NCBI GenBank assembly: GCA_001794195.1
Contig: MGJI01000007.1
Span: forward strand, 1 to 32,179
Direction: 5' to 3'
DNA: 32,179 nt
Source: Candidatus Yanofskybacteria bacterium RIFCSPHIGHO2_01_FULL_44_17
Lineage (GTDB): Bacteria > Patescibacteriota > Minisyncoccia > 2-02-FULL-40-12 > IGHO2-01-FULL-4-A
Below the pieces are notes generated by a model. That model did not search any database, was not told the DNA's origin, and was given only the letters and a program-made list of their open reading frames with translations. Position numbers and translations under genes: made by a program. This document shows, in pieces, positions 1 to 7,821 of this stretch (positions within the stretch are counted from its first letter, which is position 1; each line of letters starts with the position of its first letter).

Positions 1-2
1 AG

Positions 3-1289
3 TTCGAGGATGATATCGTTGAACAGCTTGAGTGGCTGGGTCTAAAATGGGACGAATTTTATAAGCAGAGCGACCGTACTAAAATTTATTCCAAATACAT
101 TCAGAAAATCTTAGATAGCGGTAAGGTATTTTGGTGTTATCACAGCGAAGACGAGCTAGAAAAAGAACGAGAAGAACTGGCAGATGCCAAGAAGCCGCCG
201 GTGCATTGGTGTGAGCATAAAAAACAAGAAGCATTAAACACGAAGCATGAAGCAAAAAATGGAATCATAAGATTGGCAATTGATCAAAATTCAACGAGAA
301 GAATTAAATTTCAAGATATAATCCGCGGGGAGATTGAATTTGAAGAGAAGCTTCTGGGCGATATAAGTATCGCAAAAAACCTTGAAACACCGCTTTATCA
401 TTTTGCTGTAGTCATTGATGACTATGAAATGGACATTACGCACGTAATCCGTGGCGAGGACCACATCGCCAACACGGCCAAGCACATATTGATACAGGAG
501 GCGTTGGGATTTGATCAGCCGCAATATGCTCACATGCCGATGATACTTGCTCCAGACAGGTCTAAATTATCAAAGCGTCACGGTGCGACAGCTGTTGCTG
601 AATATCGTCAGCTTGGTTATCTGCCCGATGCTCTAGTGAACTATATGGCACTGCTTGGTTGGACTCCCAGAAATAGCCAGCGAGAAATAATGACCGCGAA
701 TGAGATTATCCAGCAGTTTGCTATTGAAGATATACATAAGTCGGGGGCGGTTTTTGATATTAAAAAATTGAATTGGATCAACTCACAATATATAAAAATG
801 GAGAACGATGAAGGCTTATGCAGGCTTGCCCGCCCCTTTATAGAAAAGTATTTTGGTCAGCAGGATAAAGAGCCGATGCTTAAAATTGCGCCGCTTTTGC
901 GTGAACGTCTGGAATATTTTGATCAAGTCAAAGAATTCCACTTTTTTTTCAAAGAGCCCGAGTACGATTCGAGTTTGCTTCGCTGGAAATCCAGAGGCGA
1001 TGATGAAATTCGTGAGTCTTTGCAAAAAGTTAAGAAAATAATAGAAAATTGGGACGGTGAAGACAAGTCAGTATTAAGATCGGAGCTTGATGGCTTGGGT
1101 AAGGGAACAGGAGACCCTTCGACCCGTTCGACGGGCTCAGGGCAGGATAGGGGATTAACCTATTGGCCGCTTCGCGTTGCTTTGAGTGGCGAGAAGGCGT
1201 CTCCCGACCCCGTAGAATTAGCATATATTTTGGGCAAAGAAAAAACCCTGGAGAGGGTTGATGCGGCCGTTGCTAAATTAATGAGCTAG
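3..1289 (+). CDS. gltX: Glutamate--tRNA ligase, 5'-partial (frame open from position 3)
   Basis: Motifs LEWLGLKWDE, HVIRGEDH, KLSKR (KMSKS-like), WPLRVALSG; the frame continues upstream of the track's start at 201. Confidence 0.97.
   Translation, partial: FEDDIVEQLEWLGLKWDEFYKQSDRTKIYSKYIQKILDSGKVFWCYHSEDELEKEREELADAKKPPVHWCEHKKQEALNTKHEAKNGIIRLAIDQNSTRRIKFQDIIRGEIEFEEKLLGDISIAKNLETPLYHFAVVIDDYEMDITHVIRGEDHIANTAKHILIQEALGFDQPQYAHMPMILAPDRSKLSKRHGATAVAEYRQLGYLPDALVNYMALLGWTPRNSQREIMTANEIIQQFAIEDIHKSGAVFDIKKLNWINSQYIKMENDEGLCRLARPFIEKYFGQQDKEPMLKIAPLLRERLEYFDQVKEFHFFFKEPEYDSSLLRWKSRGDDEIRESLQKVKKIIENWDGEDKSVLRSELDGLGKGTGDPSTRSTGSGQDRGLTYWPLRVALSGEKASPDPVELAYILGKEKTLERVDAAVAKLMS
226..260 (+). 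repeat. Degenerate 7-nt tandem tract in gltX
   Basis: aagaagc attaaac acgaagc atgaagc aaaaaat. Confidence 0.65.
1115..1145. repeat. REP-like hairpin inserted in frame in gltX (adds PSTRSTGSGQD)
   Basis: CCCTTCGACCCGTTCGACGGGCTCAGGGCAG flanked by GA/GA, 33 bp added; related to 29928-29949. Confidence 0.8.
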
Positions 1290-1622
1290 AGTATGCATTC
1301 TGTTTAGTTTTTCTACTTCTTCGTGGGCGATCATTCTGGCAAACTCTTGATTTGAGATGGAGTCAGAATGTATGACGTGAATAGTGTCCTTATGCTCTGG
1401 GCGTCTGAAGTCAGATGGTCTAAGTTCCATGCCGATAACCTTGACCTTGAGCGTCTGCTCAATTTCAAATTGAAGATCAATCCAGAATGTTTCAGCTCCC
1501 GGAATTATACCATTGGTAAGATGTCCTATGTTTATTTGTGATCCGTTTTTGCGTGTTTTCATGCTATAATTCAGACCATTAACGACCAGCGGATGAAGCA
1601 AATACTTCTCTTTATCTGACAT
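1278..1622 (-). CDS. Hypothetical protein, 114 aa
   Basis: Fills the intergenic gap; has its own promoter and a GAGGG SD. Confidence 0.7.
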   Translation of the reverse strand: MSDKEKYLLHPLVVNGLNYSMKTRKNGSQINIGHLTNGIIPGAETFWIDLQFEIEQTLKVKVIGMELRPSDFRRPEHKDTIHVIHSDSISNQEFARMIAHEEVEKLNRMHTLAH

Positions 1623-1632
1623 TGTTTCCCTC

Positions 1633-1685
1633 TTTCAAAAAACTAAATGTTATTACATCTTAACAAAAAATTTAACTTAGGTCAA
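1633..1685 (-). promoter_or_regulatory. sigma70 promoter plus boxA-like motif for 1278-1622
   Basis: TTGACC(1685-1680)-N17-TAAGAT(1662-1657); AGTTTTTTGAAA at 1644-1633. Confidence 0.6.
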
Positions 1686-2918
1686 GCCATACTATTTCCC
1701 TTGGTCTTAATTTTTTGTTTTTCATTTTTTGTAAACAATGCTTTTGCTCTCGATGGGACTAGCCAAAAAATCTTAGACCTGCGCAAGCAGATAGAAGAGC
1801 TTACTAAACAGGCAGAACAATACAAGGGGACGATAGCTCAAAAACAAAAACAGGCCGATACTTTAAAGAAACAGATTGATATTTTGAATGGGCAGATTAT
1901 CCAGTTGCAGCTGCGTATTAATATCACTGACCGTCAGGTTGATACCACGAAGCTTGAGATAAATAGTCTTGAGGGTGAGATTTTTGATACTTCTGAAAAA
2001 ATCAGTGAGCAAAAGCGGGCGATAGGCGAGTTGATATCGCTAGCTTATGAGCGTGACAAACTAAGTCTTTTGGCCGTCCTTTTGAAGAGTCAGCGTTTAT
2101 CTGATTTTACAGACCAGGCGCATCAAGCCGAAAGTTTAAACAATAAGCTGACCAGCTTATTGGGCGAGCTTAAAACACAAAAAGAATCTCTTGAGGGGGA
2201 TAGGCAATCGCTGGACGCTAAAAGAGTAGAGCTGGAAACGCTCAATCAAAAACAGATAAACCAAAAGAGCGTATTAAGCGGCAGTAAAACCAGTAAAGAT
2301 AATTTATTGATTCAAACCAAGGGTCAGGAGGCAAAATATCAACAACTACTCAGCGAAGTAGAAAAGAAAAAAGCGCAGTTCTTTAACGAATTGCAGCAGT
2401 TTGAGGCAGAGGCGCTTAAGTCCGGAGCGTTTATTGTTCACGTCAAAGCAGATTCAATCCCACCCAAGGGTACGAAGATTTTCCAATGGCCCTACGATGA
2501 TTATTATCTGACTCAGAGCTATGGCATGACATCTTATGCGCGTAGAGGAGCATATGGCGGCGCGCCACATAATGGCGTGGACATAGCGGCTGGCGCTGGC
2601 TCAGCTATAGGGCCGATCGGTGGCGGTGCGATATTGGCAAGTGGTTTCAACGTCGGATTCGGTAACTGGGTGGCGGTAAGGCATGACCGCAATCTGGTCA
2701 GTGTCTATGCTCATATGCGCTCGCCTTCTGGCCTTGCCAATGGTACGCCAGTGAAAGCGAATTCAATTATAGGCCATGAGGGCTCCACGGGCAACTCCAC
2801 AGGCTCTCACCTCCATCTTAGTCTATATCGCGATTTCTTCACCTACATTAATGAAAAAAATGGACAGCTTTATTTCAACTATTTTGACGGATCATTGAAC
2901 CCGATTGACTATTTATAG
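1647..2918 (+). CDS. Secreted coiled-coil M23 peptidoglycan endopeptidase (EnvC/CwlO-like architecture); start uncertain
   Basis: Signal peptide, long coiled coil, intact HNGVD (HxxxD) and HLH (HxH). Confidence 0.9.
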   Translation: MLLHLNKKFNLGQAILFPLVLIFCFSFFVNNAFALDGTSQKILDLRKQIEELTKQAEQYKGTIAQKQKQADTLKKQIDILNGQIIQLQLRINITDRQVDTTKLEINSLEGEIFDTSEKISEQKRAIGELISLAYERDKLSLLAVLLKSQRLSDFTDQAHQAESLNNKLTSLLGELKTQKESLEGDRQSLDAKRVELETLNQKQINQKSVLSGSKTSKDNLLIQTKGQEAKYQQLLSEVEKKKAQFFNELQQFEAEALKSGAFIVHVKADSIPPKGTKIFQWPYDDYYLTQSYGMTSYARRGAYGGAPHNGVDIAAGAGSAIGPIGGGAILASGFNVGFGNWVAVRHDRNLVSVYAHMRSPSGLANGTPVKANSIIGHEGSTGNSTGSHLHLSLYRDFFTYINEKNGQLYFNYFDGSLNPIDYL

Positions 2919-2951
2919 TGGCGTGTTTATAATTTAAAACAGCTCATTAAG
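2905..2951 (+). promoter_or_regulatory. sigma70 promoter plus boxA-like motif
   Basis: TTGACT(2905-2910)-N17-TATAAT(2928-2933); AGCTCATTAAG at 2941. Confidence 0.7.
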
Positions 2952-2986
2952 TTTAAGCACAAGAAATTGTAAAAGGAGTTTCGGCG

Positions 2987-3067
2987 ATGGATTATTGGTT
3001 GGCCCTGGTGTTTATCTCTGGTCTTTTATACTATCTTATAAAGAGAGACGAGAATGATGATCAATAA
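2987..3067 (+). CDS. 26-aa single-TM peptide MDYWLALVFISGLLYYLIKRDENDDQ (not in ORF track)
   Basis: AGGAG SD at 2974-2978, first ORF after a near-consensus promoter, hydrophobic core with charged tail. Confidence 0.55.
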   Translation: MDYWLALVFISGLLYYLIKRDENDDQ

Positions 3068-3083
3068 GGAGGAGTGAATATCC

Positions 3084-3392
3084 ATGGCTGCCATCGTGAA
3101 ATTAGTCGAAAATCTCACCAGAGAATTTGATGCCGGTGACGAGCGTCTTCTGGCTTCTTACGAAGAATCGCTCGCAATTGTGCCCCTCGAACACAGAAGA
3201 GCATTTCAAATGTTTTTTCTAAGTTTCAGAATGAGCGATGACTTTGAGCGGCGGCTTGAGAGAAGTCCCGAGCTGCAATTGGCAATAAAAAGGGTTTGCG
3301 GAACATTATTGCAGAACGTCTCATCAATGATTCCAGCATTAAGCGAATTGGTCGACGATGGCCATAAAAAGTCGACAAATGTCGTGAATTAG
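3084..3392 (+). CDS. Hypothetical helical protein, 102 aa
   Basis: GGAGGAG SD; terminator follows the stop. Confidence 0.75.
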   Translation: MAAIVKLVENLTREFDAGDERLLASYEESLAIVPLEHRRAFQMFFLSFRMSDDFERRLERSPELQLAIKRVCGTLLQNVSSMIPALSELVDDGHKKSTNVVN

Positions 3393-3420
3393 CCGGCGCA
3401 TATGCCGGTTTTGTTTTTTT
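3393..3420 (+). terminator. Intrinsic terminator
   Basis: CCGGC-gcatat-GCCGG then T-rich run. Confidence 0.75.
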
Positions 3421-3467
3421 AAAACTGAGCACTATGGCTGAGCAGGTTTTTTTGTTAAAATTAAAGC

Positions 3468-4790
3468 ATGATTAAAATACTAATCCTTGGCGGCGGCTTT
3501 GGGGGAGTGAGGGCGGCCTTGGATTTGGAGAAAAAACTGGGTGGCAAAAAAGATATAAAAATTAGTCTACTAGACAAGAGCGACTGCCAAATTTTTACCC
3601 CAGCGCTCTATGAGGTGGCTTCTATTTATGGTGCTGATCATCAGCACCCGTTCCATACCGAGCTTCGCAGTGTTAGCAGCATTCCGTATAGTGAAATTTT
3701 TCGCGGCAAAAAGATTGAATTAATACAGGCAGAAGTGAAAAATATTAACCTTGAGGCCAAGCATGCCCCGTTAGAGACAAGCGTAGAACATCGGCTGCTT
3801 GAGACTGATCAGAAGTCTCTAACGGGGCATGCCGTTACCGGTAATGGCTCGACAATAGACTTTGATTATCTTGTCCTGGCTCTTGGCTCTGCTGCCTCAA
3901 CCCTTGGTGTCACCGGTGCCGAGGAATATGCTTTTAAATTTAAAAATATAGACGATGGCCTTATGGTTGCTGATAAACTCGAGGAGCTTTATGCCGGTGC
4001 CGGCCAAAAGGATAGCCCTCTTCCTATTAAAATATTAATCGGCGGCGCCGGTTTTAATGGAGTGGAGCTGGCTGCGGAGCTCTCCAATTGCACAGTGCAT
4101 ATTGCTCACAAACATGCGATAACAAATAAAAACTGTACTGCCATTACGTTAATAGAGGCCGGGCCGGTAATATTGCCGATGGTTTCTGAAAAAGAGAGGA
4201 CCCTTATTACCGAGCGCTTGCATCAACTCGGTATAAATATAATGACAGGTTCGCCCGTTAAGGAGGTCGGACCGAGTTATATTAAATTAAAAGATGATCA
4301 TATTTTAAAAGGGGATTTGATCGTTTGGTCCGGCGGTCTTAAGTCCTTGGATATCTTTAAATCAACTCCTGGTCTTGACCTTGATGAACGCGGACGTATT
4401 ATTTCCAATGATTTTTTACAAGCCAGAAATCATGCCAACGTTTTCGGAGTAGGGGACAATTTAATTTTTATTGATCCGATTACAAATAATCCGATTCCGC
4501 AGATGGCTTTTGTTGCTATAGAACAGGGGATGGTAGCTGCTAAAAATATTAGGCAATTAATCCTTGGCGGTAAGTTAAAAAAATATAAACCAGGCCGCAA
4601 CAGTGTGTGGATTGCTCCTGTAGGTGGTAAATACGCCGTGGCTCACATTGGGAAGCTTAATTTTTCAGGATTTTTTGGCTACCTCGTAAGAAAGCTGGTC
4701 GATCTTAGATATTTTTTATCAGTTTTGCCGTTTTTTAAGGCTATCTGGTTTTTTTGGAGAGGAGAGAGGGCTTTTGCCAGGAATGATTAA
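3468..4790 (+). CDS. ndh: Type II NADH dehydrogenase-family FAD oxidoreductase
   Basis: GGGFGG and GAGFNGVE Rossmann motifs, FDYLVLALG, GVGD, AxEQG. Confidence 0.88.
   Translation: MIKILILGGGFGGVRAALDLEKKLGGKKDIKISLLDKSDCQIFTPALYEVASIYGADHQHPFHTELRSVSSIPYSEIFRGKKIELIQAEVKNINLEAKHAPLETSVEHRLLETDQKSLTGHAVTGNGSTIDFDYLVLALGSAASTLGVTGAEEYAFKFKNIDDGLMVADKLEELYAGAGQKDSPLPIKILIGGAGFNGVELAAELSNCTVHIAHKHAITNKNCTAITLIEAGPVILPMVSEKERTLITERLHQLGINIMTGSPVKEVGPSYIKLKDDHILKGDLIVWSGGLKSLDIFKSTPGLDLDERGRIISNDFLQARNHANVFGVGDNLIFIDPITNNPIPQMAFVAIEQGMVAAKNIRQLILGGKLKKYKPGRNSVWIAPVGGKYAVAHIGKLNFSGFFGYLVRKLVDLRYFLSVLPFFKAIWFFWRGERAFARND
3767..3826. mobile_element. 60-bp MITE-like element in frame in ndh
   Basis: TIR CCCGTTAGAGAC/GTCTCTAACGGG; GCATGC on both sides (3761-3766, 3827-3832). 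Confidence 0.85.
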
Positions 4791-4793
4791 GGT

Positions 4794-4838
4794 TGTGGAT
4801 AACTTTTTGACTAGTCTTGATCAATGTGGTGTTATAAT
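4794..4838 (+). promoter_or_regulatory. Single DnaA box and extended -10
   Basis: TGTGGATAA (4794-4802, reverse complement TTATCCACA); TGtTATAAT with TATAAT at 4833-4838. Confidence 0.5.
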
Positions 4839-4857
4839 AAATAGGCAGGGAAGGGAG

Positions 4858-5256
4858 GTGTGTAAAATTAAAAAAAATATTTTAGTAATAATTCCGGTAT
4901 TGTTAATTTTAAATATCGTTGTTCCTGGCGGAGCGTTAGCATACGCAGATGATTCACCTGCAGTAAGGCCAATGCCATCCTTAATCAACCCCCTAGAGTA
5001 TCTAAATGAAAATTTGTTGTCCAAGCTGCCGGGGATCAAGAGCGAAGGCTCTGGAGCACTGCCATCGGGTCTCGGAGGCCTTCTTTCAGAGGGTGGTGGC
5101 TTGGGAGGAATAAAGTTATTAAATACATCTAGTTTGTCGACTAATGATATTCCAGGAGCTCTTAAATCAATAGCTGTTTTAGCAATCAACCTATTCCTTA
5201 TCGTAATACAAACTGTAGCCGGCGTACTCAAGGCACTATTGCCGTTCTTGCAGTGA
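4858..5256 (+). CDS. Secreted/membrane hypothetical protein with Gly-rich linker and C-terminal TM
   Basis: Signal peptide KKNILVII...ALAYA; the promoter lies inside the track's longer ORF, so the start is moved to GTG 4858 (uncertain). Confidence 0.7.
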   Translation: MCKIKKNILVIIPVLLILNIVVPGGALAYADDSPAVRPMPSLINPLEYLNENLLSKLPGIKSEGSGALPSGLGGLLSEGGGLGGIKLLNTSSLSTNDIPGALKSIAVLAINLFLIVIQTVAGVLKALLPFLQ

Positions 5257-5273
5257 TATTAGACACTAGTTAG

Positions 5274-5351
5274 GTCGCACAACCTACATTGTGCGACTCA
5301 TCATAAATATAAAACCGCTATCTCTCCCCTGGCGGTTTTATATTTATGATG
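5274..5351. repeat. Two adjacent hairpins with perfect 9-bp and 20-bp stems
   Basis: GTCGCACAA/TTGTGCGAC (5274-5297); CATCATAAATATAAAACCGC/GCGGTTTTATATTTATGATG (5299-5351). Confidence 0.85.
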
Positions 5352-5364
5352 TAAAATTAATTCA

Positions 5365-6123
5365 ATGTATTATTCTAACGCAGAAAGTTTTAAAAAGGCT
5401 ACTGGATACGAAATCGATGGCGTTTGGTATCCTCGAGTTACCTCCATTGTTTCCATTAAGGCCAAGCCGGCGCTTTATCATTTTTACGCTGGCCAAGCGA
5501 GTTTTGCTGCCGGTGAAGCCGTCAAGGCTAAGTCTGCTGAAGAGGGTACGCTATTGCATGAGACCGTTGAGGCGATACTAAAAGGCGAAGACTCCCCTAT
5601 TCCAGACTCTGTGGCACCCGCGGTCAGCGCATTTTTAGATTTCAAAAAACAAAACGAAATTATTCCGCAGCAAATCGAGGCCCGCATAATAAGCAAGAAA
5701 CATCACTACGCTGGAACCTTGGACTGTCTTGCCGAATTGAACGGTCAGCTGGGCGTACTAGATATTAAGACTTCCTATGCGATTTATCGCGACTATGGCA
5801 TACAGACGGCAGCTTATGTTGAGGCTCTGAGTGAGGCCCCTTCAATGCCTTCCTTAAAACGATGGATATTGAGGCTGGATCAGGCGAGGCATTGCATCAA
5901 GGGCTGCGGATCCAAGATGCGTGAGAAGGGCGGCAACATCAAAATACGCCCAGCCAAGGGTGTGGCGGCAGCCAGGTGCCCGCATGTTTGGGGCGACCTA
6001 CTCGGCGAAGTCGAACTTAAAGAATTACCGGGCCAAGAGCAAGACATCAAAGCCTTTCTGGCCTCTAAGGCTCTCTGGGAGTGGGAGAATGATTATTGGC
6101 TTAGACAGATTTTTAGGAAATGA
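5365..6123 (+). CDS. PD-(D/E)XK RecB-like exonuclease-family protein
   Basis: YPRVTSI, GTLLH, E...YAGTLD...LDIKTS, QTAAY; C-terminal CxxxC...CxH. Confidence 0.85.
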   Translation: MYYSNAESFKKATGYEIDGVWYPRVTSIVSIKAKPALYHFYAGQASFAAGEAVKAKSAEEGTLLHETVEAILKGEDSPIPDSVAPAVSAFLDFKKQNEIIPQQIEARIISKKHHYAGTLDCLAELNGQLGVLDIKTSYAIYRDYGIQTAAYVEALSEAPSMPSLKRWILRLDQARHCIKGCGSKMREKGGNIKIRPAKGVAAARCPHVWGDLLGEVELKELPGQEQDIKAFLASKALWEWENDYWLRQIFRK

Positions 6124-6135
6124 CTTGTTGTTATT

Positions 6136-6495
6136 CTACTTCTGGCAGTTTCCCGCAAGGGTGTAGCCGGCCGAGATAGCAGCGGCTTCGGTGGCGAAGG
6201 TGATTTTGTTTTTTTCTGAAATCTTGGAACCGCTGGCGCACCATAAAAAGTGATAGACTTTAGAAGTACTGTTTTTGGAAGCGATGACCTGACTATTTTG
6301 TGTTTGCGTTTCAGAGTGGCCTTCGCTCAGATTGTCCGTGCTAGCTGTTTGCGGTTGGGTTATCGTGATTGGTGTTTTTTGTTGCTTGATTGCTGATATT
6401 TTACCCAGATTAAAAGCTGTAACCGAAATTAGTATTATGGCCAAGGCCAAGACTACATCTGCTTGATAAGTTTTAAGGAATTTGATAAGATTCAT
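6136..6495 (-). CDS. Membrane-anchored protein with Ada metal-binding-like C-terminal domain
   Basis: N-terminal TM; ASKNSTSKVYH..WC...F.T...A...GY....C. Confidence 0.75.
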   Translation of the reverse strand: MNLIKFLKTYQADVVLALAIILISVTAFNLGKISAIKQQKTPITITQPQTASTDNLSEGHSETQTQNSQVIASKNSTSKVYHFLWCASGSKISEKNKITFATEAAAISAGYTLAGNCQK

Positions 6496-6499
6496 ATTT

Positions 6500-6772
6500 A
6501 TGGCGCATACAAAGGCTAAATCTACGACAAAATTAGGTCGGGACTCTGAATCTAAGCGTTTGGGCGTGAAGCTTTCTAACGGTCAAACTGCCATTCCAGG
6601 CAACATTATCATACGCCAGCGCGGCAGTAAATACTGGCCCGGCAGTGGTGTCCGCATGGGCAGTGACGATACGATATACTCTATTACAAATGGAAAAGTT
6701 CACTTCTCTACCCGTAAAAAGGGTAACTACGATGGCACCCGTCGGGTAGTTAAGATAGTCAATGTGGTGTAG
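6500..6772 (+). CDS. rpmA: 50S ribosomal protein L27
   Basis: MAHTKA..GRDSESKRLGVK, IIIRQRG; ATG at 6500. Confidence 0.97.
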   Translation: MAHTKAKSTTKLGRDSESKRLGVKLSNGQTAIPGNIIIRQRGSKYWPGSGVRMGSDDTIYSITNGKVHFSTRKKGNYDGTRRVVKIVNVV

Positions 6773-6799
6773 GCCAGTCCTTTCTAAAAAATCCAACAT

Positions 6800-6830
6800 A
6801 AAACCGAGCCTTGCTCGGTTTTGTTTTTTT
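6800..6830. terminator. Probably bidirectional intrinsic terminator
   Basis: AAAACCGAGC-ctt-GCTCGGTTTT between convergent genes. Confidence 0.8.
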
Positions 6831-6831
6831 A

Positions 6832-7086
6832 CTAGTTATCGATCCCACCATATGGATTAATGCCAAGCCTAGCAAGAATTTTTTCTAACTCTTCTGGGAA
6901 TGAATCCTTTTTGGGCGGTTCTTCTTTATAACTGGACCATCCAGCCGGTACGGGGATGTTGAAGCGAAGGCCAGTTTTACATGAGGGGCAGGTTATTATG
7001 ACGGTTTTGCCGAAACTTTTTTCAGTAACCCTAATTTTTATTTTTTGTTTGCAATCAAGGCACAGCAGGTGTCGATATTCGCCCAT
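6832..7086 (-). CDS. Small zinc-ribbon protein, 84 aa
   Basis: CLDC and CPSC pairs; promoter TTGGTA(7152-7147)-N17-TATTAT(7129-7124). Confidence 0.75.
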   Translation of the reverse strand: MGEYRHLLCLDCKQKIKIRVTEKSFGKTVIITCPSCKTGLRFNIPVPAGWSSYKEEPPKKDSFPEELEKILARLGINPYGGIDN

Positions 7087-7174
7087 CTACTATCCGTTCA
7101 TTGATTTTTAATTTTCTGAGAACATAATAACACGAATATTGCTACGTACCAATTAGATTATTGCGGGCGAGCGC

Positions 7175-7621
7175 TTATTTGTTGCCCAAAACAATCACAC
7201 TGATTTTGGCTTTAACCTCTGGGTGCAGTTCTATTTCAACTTCGTGTTCGCCCAGCGTCTTTAGGTGCTGCGGCAAGCTAATATATTCTTCTTTCAGATT
7301 AATCCCTCGCTCTTTTAAAGCGTGGGCTATTTTCTTCTCATTCACTGAACCATAAAGATGCCCTTCGTCATTTGCGTCCTCCTTTATATCGACGGCTAGT
7401 CCTTCGAGTTTTTTCGCTAGTTCGAGGGCCCCCTCTTTATCTGTTTCATATTGTTTCTCGCGTTTTGACCTCAACGATTCGGCAAGTTTAACCGTATCGC
7501 CTGTGGCTGCCTGAGCAAGCTTTTTGGGAAGCAAAAAGTTTCGAGCATAGCCGTCCGATACATTCTTAATGTCCCCTATCTGTGCAACACCTTTTATATT
7601 TTGTAGAAATATTACACGCAT
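7175..7621 (-). CDS. rplI: 50S ribosomal protein L9
   Basis: MRVIFLQ..GYARNFLLP, LYGSV; 148 aa from ATG 7621. Confidence 0.97.
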   Translation of the reverse strand: MRVIFLQNIKGVAQIGDIKNVSDGYARNFLLPKKLAQAATGDTVKLAESLRSKREKQYETDKEGALELAKKLEGLAVDIKEDANDEGHLYGSVNEKKIAHALKERGINLKEEYISLPQHLKTLGEHEVEIELHPEVKAKISVIVLGNK

Positions 7622-7632
7622 GTTTTTATTTG

Positions 7633-7800
7633 GAAAATGCGAGCCGCTTTGCCTTATGGCACCGTCAAAAGGGTGGATTGCATGGTCATCGAGCAGTATA
7701 ATTTTATTCACTGCGAGATGAACCCACGCTTTTGACGGAGTGCTGAATTATCGCTGGTAATTCGAATGGTGATAGAAGGCGTAGCGGCGAGCTAATTTTC
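7633..7800. repeat. 168-bp branched palindromic element with tandem GA mismatches
   Basis: Nested stems GC-GA-GCCGCT..GCCTT/AAGGC..AGCGGC-GA-GC, CCGTCAAAAG/CTTTTGACGG, TCATC-GA-GCAGT/ACTGC-GA-GATGA, GAATTATC-gct-GGTAATTC. Confidence 0.75.
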
Positions 7801-7821
7801 TAAGTTTTTAAAAGATAGTAG

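Noticed and set aside
3424-3446. CTGAGCA repeated twice upstream of ndh
   Set aside because: Too short to distinguish from chance.
4794-4802. Replication origin
   Set aside because: Only one DnaA box seen, with no cluster and no dnaA/dnaN nearby.
5365-6123. Cas4/CRISPR system
   Set aside because: No cas1/cas2, no repeat-spacer array in the window, and the cysteines do not follow the Cas4 1+3 Fe-S pattern.
7622-7711. N-terminal extension of L9; likewise S4 (25296-25355), L27 (6482-6499) and ORF 21155-21217
   Set aside because: Upstream in-frame starts fall in a palindrome, in an overlapping gene or in a promoter; conserved N-termini or SD sites point to the downstream ATGs.
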